Of a DNA stretch of 32,000 nucleotides, positions 21,801 through 30,800 are shown piece by piece. Source of the stretch: Candidatus Omnitrophota bacterium (GTDB lineage: Bacteria > Omnitrophota > Gorgyraeia > Zapsychrales > JANLHA01). The DNA lies in NCBI GenBank assembly GCA_963662715.1, contig OY759724.1, positions 1,230,001 to 1,262,000 on the forward strand, read 5' to 3'. Both the position numbers and the translations under genes were made by a program. Position 1 is the stretch's first letter; the number at the start of each line of letters is the position of its first letter. The notes beneath the pieces are model-generated. The model had not been told where the DNA came from, did not search any database, and saw only the letters and a list, made by a program, of their open reading frames with translations.

Positions 21801-24800
21801 ACACCAAATACATCACTTGATTGTGTACTAGCCTTCTCATCATTAGACACAGCATTCGATTCGCTTCCAAGCGTTGATACACCTTCATCATCACTTGTAG
21901 TCGTATCTTCAACAACGCTAACGATAAGTACAGAGCGATTAGTCCATTTGCTGCCGTACGTTCTAAGGATCGTTACAACACGATTCGTATACTGCTTCAA
22001 CCAAGCACTAACTTTCATCAGGGCCGATCTAACAGCCACGAATATTCCTTCAGCTACCTTGAATGGCTCTTCAAGGTTGTAGCTGGCTGTAGGCACAGCT
22101 TCCGGTAATGTACTTCTTCTAGACCCGTTACCAGACTCAGATCTAGCAATTCCCTGAATCAATCCGGACAATAGAGCCATAACTGCCTTGGCTATGCCTC
22201 CGAAGAGTATAGACCAATCAATTGCAGCTATACCACTAATACCAGATGTTCTCAAAGAACCGGCATTGGCGTATGTTCCACCTACACCTCTCGTGTTAAC
22301 GCCTCCACGATTGGCGCTCACCCATCGAGTCTCTAACTCATCCTCGGCTTTTTGTGTTGCTGCCGAGAGAACTGTACTACTCGTCTCAACATTGACGATT
22401 GCACTGCTTACACCGTTCGCGTTATCGTCACCGCGACTGGCGTTTCTCACCCAATTAGTTTTTAACTCTGGTGTCACCGCTGTCGAAGCAGCCGTGATCA
22501 CACGAGCCGATTCAGCGATTGTACTGCTCACACCAGCAGCTACGCTAGTTCTGGTGGCGTGTTTCTCCCTTACTTCTGTCTTCGCCTCTGATGTGGCCGA
22601 TGCGACAACCACACGAGCCGATTCAGCGATTGTACTGCTCACACCAGCAGCTACGCTAGTTCTGGTGGCGTGTTTCTCCCTTACTTCTGTCTTCGCCTCT
22701 GATGTGGCCGATGCGACAACCACACGAGCCGATTCAGCGATTGTACTGCTCACACCAGCAGCTACGCTAGTTCTGGTGGCGTGTTTCTCCCTTACTTCTG
22801 TCTTCGCCTCTGATGTGGCCGATGCGACAACCACACGAGCCGATTCAGCGATTGTACTGCTCACACCAGCAGCTACGCTAGTTCTGGTGGCGTGTTTCTC
22901 CCTTACTTCTGTCTTCGCCTCTGATGTGGCCGATGCGACAACCACACGAGCCGATTCAGCGATTGTACTGCTCACACCAGCAGCTACGCTAGTTCTGGTG
23001 GCGTGTTTCTCCCTTACTTCTGTCTTCGCCTCTGATGTGGCCGATGCGACAACCACACGAGCCGATTCAGCGATTGTACTGCTCACACCAGCAGCTACGC
23101 TAGTTCTGGTGGCGTGTTTCTCCCTTACTTCTGTCTTCGCCTCTGATGTGGCCGATGCGACAACCACACGAGCCGATTCAGCGATTGTACTGCTCACACC
23201 AGCAGCTACGCTAGTTCTGGTGGCGTGTTTCTCCCTTACTTCTGTCTTCGCCTCTGATGTGGCCGATGCGACAACCACACGAGCCGATTCAGCGATTGTA
23301 CTGCTCACACCAGCAGCTACGCTAGTTCTGGTGGCGTGTTTCTCCCTTACTTCTGTCTTCGCCTCTGATGTGGCCGATGCGACAACCACACGAGCCGATT
23401 CAGCGATTGTACTGCTCACACCAGCAGTTACGCTAGTTCTGGTGGCGTGTTTCTCCCTTACTTCTGTCTTCGTCTCTGCTGTGGCTGATGCGACAACCAC
23501 ACGAGTCGATTCAACGATTGCACTGCTTACACCGTTCGCGTTATCGTCACCGCGATTGGCGTTTCTCACCCAATTAGTTTTTAACTCTGGTGTTACTGCT
23601 GTCGAAGCAGCCGTATTCACACCAACCTTTGCTATCGTTACAACATATTCAAGTCCTGTCCTCTCTTGAGCAGCTTTTCCTGCCTGAATGCCTGAGGAGG
23701 CATTGGCAGCGGCCCACGGCGTGGGACTAGAGCCAGAACTTCTAAAATTCTTTTTGGCTCCTTTGTCTATACTTAAATCTATGTGTTGCCGTTCTGCTTG
23801 CGGATCAACAATTGGTGCGCTGGCAACAGAAGCTTTATTAGCATTCATATTTCTGGCATAGGCGATAACCAAAGCTGTCTTGGCTTTTGCCGTTCCTGTA
23901 GCTCCGGCAGTTCCTCCGCCAGGAGCCGGCTCTTCAACAGGAGCAGGAGAACTAAACGGTGAACTTGTAATAGGAACACCTTTGGTTCCGCTATCCTTTC
24001 GGCCTTCTATAGGATTATGTTGATTGGACGGAAGAGACAACTTCCCAAGACTGAACGCTGCTATAGGCAATGCAGGGATAAATATTGGAGAAGACGGCAC
24101 AGCTTGCACAGGTAATTGCGGCGGTGCAACAGGCTCTGTAACAACAACTGGCGGTGCTAGCGGCTGTTCTTCCGGAGGCGCACGAGAAGCTTCCGTTAAT
24201 ACGGTTTCTTCCGGTTTAGAAAGGTCTTCCTGTTTAGCCACTTGCCCTGATACCTTATCCTGAATTGTTATCCCTGAAGCATCGGCAGGTTTCTCTGCTT
24301 GGGCCTTGTCCACTTTTGCCACTTCAATAACTTCTTCCTGGGCTCCTTCTTTAATTTCACTGCCGAACAAGAAGGCAAAGGCATCTTTAAGTTGTCCCCA
24401 CAAGCTCTCTGAGGACTCTTCGCCAACGAGAGCAACCAAATCTTCCTTAGTTTTAATTTTACGCAACTGATTAAGCGATTTTTCTAATATTGGATAGCCG
24501 TCTTCTGAAATTGTACGCTGTCCTTCCTGCTGTGCGGCATTGATAACAGCGTCCATCTCTTTGGCAAGCAACTGTCTTTCTGCCTGATCCTGAATTGACT
24601 GAGACATGACGGCCTTTATAACATCAAATGCTTTTCTGTTATCGACTGACAACTTCTCAATTTGCTGAATAACTGGTGAAGCCTGCGCAAGGCGCGGAAC
24701 CTCTGTAACCGTACCTGGTTGGTCTTTGGCTGTGGTAGAAGCTTTTGCAATTTCAACATATTTGGTTTGACTCTTTAACTTCTGACCATACGGAGTTCTT

Positions 24801-27800
24801 AATTCAGGCAAATTCATAGGGCTGGATAAAGCAACTATGATCGTTTCTGGAGTCTTTGATGGCGACTCGGACGGGAGATCTCCCGCGGATTCCTGAGTCG
24901 CTGATTCTGCCGGATTCATGATAATCATTGAAGACATCATCAGCAGACCACCAGATTTCACCTTTTGCTTTTGGGCTGCAATTCTTTTTGTTCTTGACGC
25001 CGTCCATTTCTGCTCCATAGCATTGGAAGGCAGATTCTGCGCCGGGGTCCTGGCTGGCTGAATCCTCACATAAGGTTTGGCAACTTGTGCAGGGGCAGAA
25101 GGACGAGTGATCTCTTGCTGTGTTGACTGAATAACCCGTGCATTCTTACTGGTCATCAACTCATCAACCGTAAATGACTTCACATTACCGTCTCTCATCT
25201 CCAGGCTGGCAAGTCTAACCTCCTGATCACTGCCAGGTGCCTTAAACTTAACCTGAGAAACGATCTTTCCAACCTCACTTATATTGTTTTGCCCGGACAA
25301 CTCTACCGTCTTACCCACCTGAGAAGGCTGCCCTTTAAATTCTTCTGTTATTATCGGACTGGCAACTGCAGCTAAAGCCATTTCTTCGCCAGCCGTGGCC
25401 GTCGTAGTAGTAGGACTAGGAAGAATGGCAGGAGGCATAGCAGCGGCTACGGATATTTCTTCTCTAGACGAAGCCGCCGACTCAACTTTTCCTCTGGAAG
25501 CAGCTGACGGCGTTTGAGCTAATAAGCCCATTGACGGCATAGTGGTCGCATCCATTCCAGGCAGCAATGGCAAGACTGTAGCCGGTGCGGCCGGAACAGC
25601 GGCTGGCGTTGATGCCGGCTGTTCAATAACAGTCGTTTCAGCCACCTGCTCTTTACGTGTTGTTATGCCTCGATCAATCGCAATATCAAACTGATACTGT
25701 TCAATATCCGACTTGCGGGTCGAAGCGACAACAATTTGCTCACCCGTCAAAGTTGTATACAGAATAGGGATGTCTTTCAGCTTGAATTGATCTTTTTCTA
25801 TTGACTTAAGGTCTCTGGCGAGGATCTTTCCAACCTTATTCGTCACGGCGACAACAAAGACGCCAAAAGCATCTTTAACCTCTAATTCCCTGGCTTGAGA
25901 TTCTTCAATAAATGCCCTGTACATACCCAAAGGATCGGAAATGCTCAAGTTATGCTTCCTGGCTTCGGCTATTCTCTGGTTCTGTGTCGCGACGTACTCC
26001 GGACCTATAATCAAGTAGGTCTGGCCTTTATTGTTCTTAATGATCCTGATTCCCTTAGGTTCAACGAAATAATTAAAATCATCGATCTTCACAAAGTCAA
26101 TTTGAATGTTCTCTTCCATCGCCAACTGTCTTGTCAAGGCTTCTAAATAATCTCCCATACTAAAGTCGGCGCCAGGAATGATATTGTCAAAGTCAACACG
26201 TTTATCAAATCTTACTGGTTTAAATACCGGTTTCTCGTTATCCACACTAACCATGACCATCTTTTCAGAATAGATCAATTGATTTCCGTTTACCGGCACG
26301 GCCAATTCCATTTCCTCGTCAAATTTAGCCCAAGCCAAATATCGAGTATTTCCTAAATGAACGGAAACCGGCAGCCATTTCTCTCCAGATGTTTTATCAA
26401 GGTATATATCCGCTGTTTTATCTGCCTCTATCAAGTATAAATTCCTGCGCTGGATATCACTCAATCCGGCAATAATCCGGCCTACTTCTATAATATTCAC
26501 GCCCTTGAATTCCATCTGCTGACGTCTCACCCGCCCTGTAGCATCGACGAACCGGACAAAATTCTTTTCGATATAGGCCCTGTCCCCGTCAGGCAAGCGA
26601 ACGACTGTAACCGCTTCCGGATCAATTCGATTTCGAGCAATAGTCTCAGCCCGCGTCTTCTCCATGGCTATAACAATATTTTCACGGCTGTCAACGATAA
26701 GGGACGTCGTTTCTATTTCTTTAGGATTATTTACCAAAGCTTGCGTCAACAATATTGTCTTTGGCTCCCCTCGCTTATTAATATCTGTTAACAAAATTTT
26801 TGCCGGAAGATTCATGTCTGAAGGAACAATCTGAATCCGGCTAATCTGTGATAAATCAGAAATATCAACCGATTTCGCCAAAGACACCAAAACACTCTCA
26901 ACCTGTTCTTGGGCGGAGAAATCACGTTTATCATAAGCAATCAATGTCGGGCTATCTGATTTGATCTGGCCTTCGGAGATTAAATCATGTTCTTTTAATA
27001 CCGCCCCAACGTCAACCGTACGATATTCTGAGCGTAAGGAATGGGAATACTTGCCTGTTTTCATGGCAATGGCGATACGATCTGTCTTTTCGATCTCCGG
27101 AATTTCTTTCTGTTCTCCCAAAATCGGATTAGAAACCACCCTGCGGAACGTCTCTTCCGGAATCAAAACAGTTCTGGTGTTCTCTGTTTCATCCGTAAGA
27201 TACAGTCTTGACTCCAAACCTTTACCCCGGATAATCTTAACGTGAGTTGTTCCTTCCTTGAACTCCGGATAGCTTCCCATAAGATCTAGGAGGCCCATCT
27301 TCTCAGAAACCGACAAATTGGCAGAATAGATAACCGAGGCATCTGATGCCTTTTCTTGGGTCAATGGGCTGGATAATGATGCTATCTCGAGGATTTCTCC
27401 CTGAACAAGCTGAAGTTTCTCGGTTGTCGGGAAAAGATGCTCGACCAGATCATTGTCCAAATAAGGCTTACGACCGACAATGTATTTTCTTAAATCTTCT
27501 GCTGACGGCTTCAAAGTCTGAGCATTCCCCAAGAGAACAACAGGGAAGTTACGCGGTAACTGATCAAACGGCAGTCTTTCTGATATAATTTCTCCATCCA
27601 AGCTCTTGTGATAAGCCACAAACGGTGTTTTTCTTGCCGCTTGAAGGGTTTGCATCAAATTTCTTACCAAAACGATATCATAATCGTCCAATTGAGGAAC
27701 CGCTTTTAAGAGCTTGTCCAGCCTGTTAATCGTTGCGGGTTTCTCCATCATAAGCATGGATATCTGCTGAATCGAATCCTGGGATAAGCTCATTCCTAAT

Positions 27801-30800
27801 TGGGTGGTAATGCGTTCCACTTCCAGGGCTTCCAGCGTCGGGACATAGACATAAACCGGTCTTGAAGTGTCAGTGACTGTTTTACGCGCCGAGGCTAACA
27901 ATTCAGGAAGAGTCTTATCTTCTTCAAAAAGAACAACCGATTTATTGGCATCATGAGCTAATCTCACTTTTTCTTCTAACGAAGCAGCCTTCTGGTGAAT
28001 TGTACCGCTTGTAATATCCCAGAAAGATAAATTCTCCGATTCTATTTCTCTCTCCAAATCTTTCTCAGTCGGCTCATAATAACCGTCTATCGGGGATGAA
28101 CTTGCCTGTGCCAAATCTGTAGCCGCAGAAGTTGAAACTTCTCTATTCGCCATAGGGCCGCCGCTAAAGGCAGGCAAAAGAATCGGTGCAGACAAAACAG
28201 GTAACGGCGCCGTAAGAGGAGCACTCACCGGTAATTCCACGGCCTGTTCCGGAGCCTTCGGAGACGGAAGGACATCCTCTCCTTCCGCGGAAGCGGCCTT
28301 TTTCATCTGTCCGCCGTGATCAACGACAGTGGCGGAAACCATCAACAATCCACCTTTTTTCTCCGGTTTTGGCATAGAAGCAAATTGAATCTCCGGTTTC
28401 GTAAGATTCAAATTACGCACAGGAGAAGGTGTCGGACGAATGCTGCTGCCGTCAATGGCATTAGAAGCAAGTTGTGTTAATCCCTGCTTTATTGTTTCCC
28501 CGGCAGACTTCTTCAACATTTCAGCTCTTATAGCTCCTGTCTTCTCTGCTGATTCAACGACAGGAGAGGACAATGTTGGGAATGTCGGGGCCGTGATCGT
28601 CGGAGCCACAGGGGCTGTTACAGACGGAGCTGCGACCATTTGCACCGGCTTTTCTGCAGACAGGGCTTGTGTCTGTGTTTCTTTAACAAGCGATGAAGAG
28701 ACAGACACCATGCCACCCGGCTGAGTCTGTGCAGCTTCAGGCTGCTTCAAAACAGATGAAGAGACAGTCATCATGCCGCCGGCTTGCGTTTCTGTCATGG
28801 TCATAGGCGACGGTTTAATCACCGACGAAGATACCTGCATCATGCCGCCCCGTTTTTCCGGTTTTGTCACCTGCTGACTTGTTTTAAGCGAAATGTCTCT
28901 GTTCCGGCTTGTTGTGTCGACCTTGGCAAGTTCCACCGGTTTGCTGCCCGGTAAAGCCGTTTCAAATGCTGGCAAGACCGCCGGGCTTGATATAGACGGA
29001 ACAGACGGAGCAACGGTTACAGGAGAAGCGGCAACAGCTGTTACCGGCTTCATTTCCGGTTTCTCAACAACAGATGAAGAAACTGTCATCATGCCGCCGG
29101 CTTGCGTTTCTGTCATAGTCATAGGCGACGGCTGAATAACCGACGAAGACACCTGCATCATGCCGCCGGCTTGCGTTTCTGTCATGGTCATAGGCGACGG
29201 CTGAATAACCGATGAAGACACCTGCATCATGCCGCCCGGCTGTGCTTGGGCCATAGCCACCGGCGACGGCTGAATAACCGACGAAGACACCTGCAGCATG
29301 CCACCACGTTTAGCCGGTTTCTTTGTGAATTGTATTTCTTCTCTAGATAAAGATCTCTGGCGTGAAGTTGTGTCAACTTTTGCCAGTTCCACAGTCTTTC
29401 TTCCTGGCTGAATATCTTTGCTTAACGGAGATGACGTCATAAGAGGCATCGGCATCGTCGTCGGAAGAGTAACAGCCGGGGCTTGCGGCGTCGCCACAAC
29501 AGGAGAAGCAGAAACCTCTACGGTTCTAGGTGCTTCAAGGGACGGAGCCTTAATGACAGCCGTCGAATCCTTCTTCACAACCGTTGAAGAAACGGTCATC
29601 AATCCGCCGGCCTGAGTTTCTGTCTTGGCCATAGGTGACGGCTTGATAACAGCAGACGATACCTGCATCATGCCGCCCGGCTGAGCTTGGGCCATAGCCA
29701 CCGGCGACGGCTTAATCACTGATGAAGACACCTGCATCATACCGCCTCGTCTGGAAATATTCTTAGGAGATAGAGCATAGCCCCGTTCCTGAGCTGTCAG
29801 CGGCATGGACCACCGTAACGGGCTGCTGGAACTGCTGCTGCCCTTCGGTTGAGACAAGGAGGCCAGCAAAGCTTCCTTAGCTTGTTTAGGAACATAGGCT
29901 TTTAACGGCGCGTTCATCTTCTGCGCCCAAATAATTCTATTATTGCCGTCGTACGCCGTTCCGTCACCGTTTAACGCCACGGGATCCTGCACCATAACGG
30001 CCATGATCGCCCTTTCTGTGCGATAAGGACTAAGGTTTGACATCTTCGGAGAAAGGTTCTGCACCTGCTCTGGAGTCAAGGTGACCAATTCGTCATATTT
30101 TGCCGGCGGCTGCACATCGAAAATAACTTCTCCCTGTGCCTGCGTCCTGATTTCAGAAGCAATCTGCGGATTCTCCTTCATTATTTCGGAAATCTTGGAA
30201 ACCAAGACAGCTTCTTGCGGCTGGGAAGCGGCGTTCATGGACCCCGTCAAAGCCCTGAGATCGGAATAATTGATATCTTTCGCATCTTTAGCAACAACAG
30301 AGGAAACTCTCTCCGGCAGTTCAATCGGAGAAGAAGAAGGCTTTTCTGTTAAGTCATAGGATTTCGCCATGAATTCACTGTTCGGCATTTCAACAAACTT
30401 CTTTAAAGCTTTTTCATAATCATGATCCAGGTCCCCCCGGTTTTCCACAACCATAACACCGAGGACCTTCTCCTCTTCAAGCACTCTGAAGACAACCCTT
30501 TGATTCCCCAGCCTGAGTTTATTAAGACCTTTTAAGGCCTGGTTGTATTCAAATTTAGACGGTTCCGGGCTCTCGAGGAAAGTTGTAAAGGAATCTGATA
30601 ATCTGCTTTGGACTTGATTGAGCTTGGCCTTCCTGACGTCCTTCAACACGCGGACAGTATAGCCTTTAACATTTACCGGCTGAGCGGCTGCGGCCACTTC
30701 GGCCGATGAAGAACCTTCAGTTCCTTCCCGTTTAGCGGCAAATTCTTTCTTTGACAGGCCCCAGCGCTGCAGATTATTCATAACCCGATGACGTGTCGAA

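Noticed and set aside
16215-23617. Possible CRISPR arrays, suggested by the strictly periodic 87-bp and 111-bp repeats
   Set aside because: The whole period is repeated, with no unique spacers between short direct repeats. The periods are multiples of 3 and encode peptide repeats inside an ORF.
22188-23669. 493-aa + strand ORF with repeating ADSAIVLLTPAATLVLVACFSLTSVFASDVADATTTR
   Set aside because: It is an antisense shadow of the 111-bp in-frame repeat of the giant minus-strand ORF. There is no independent support for it.
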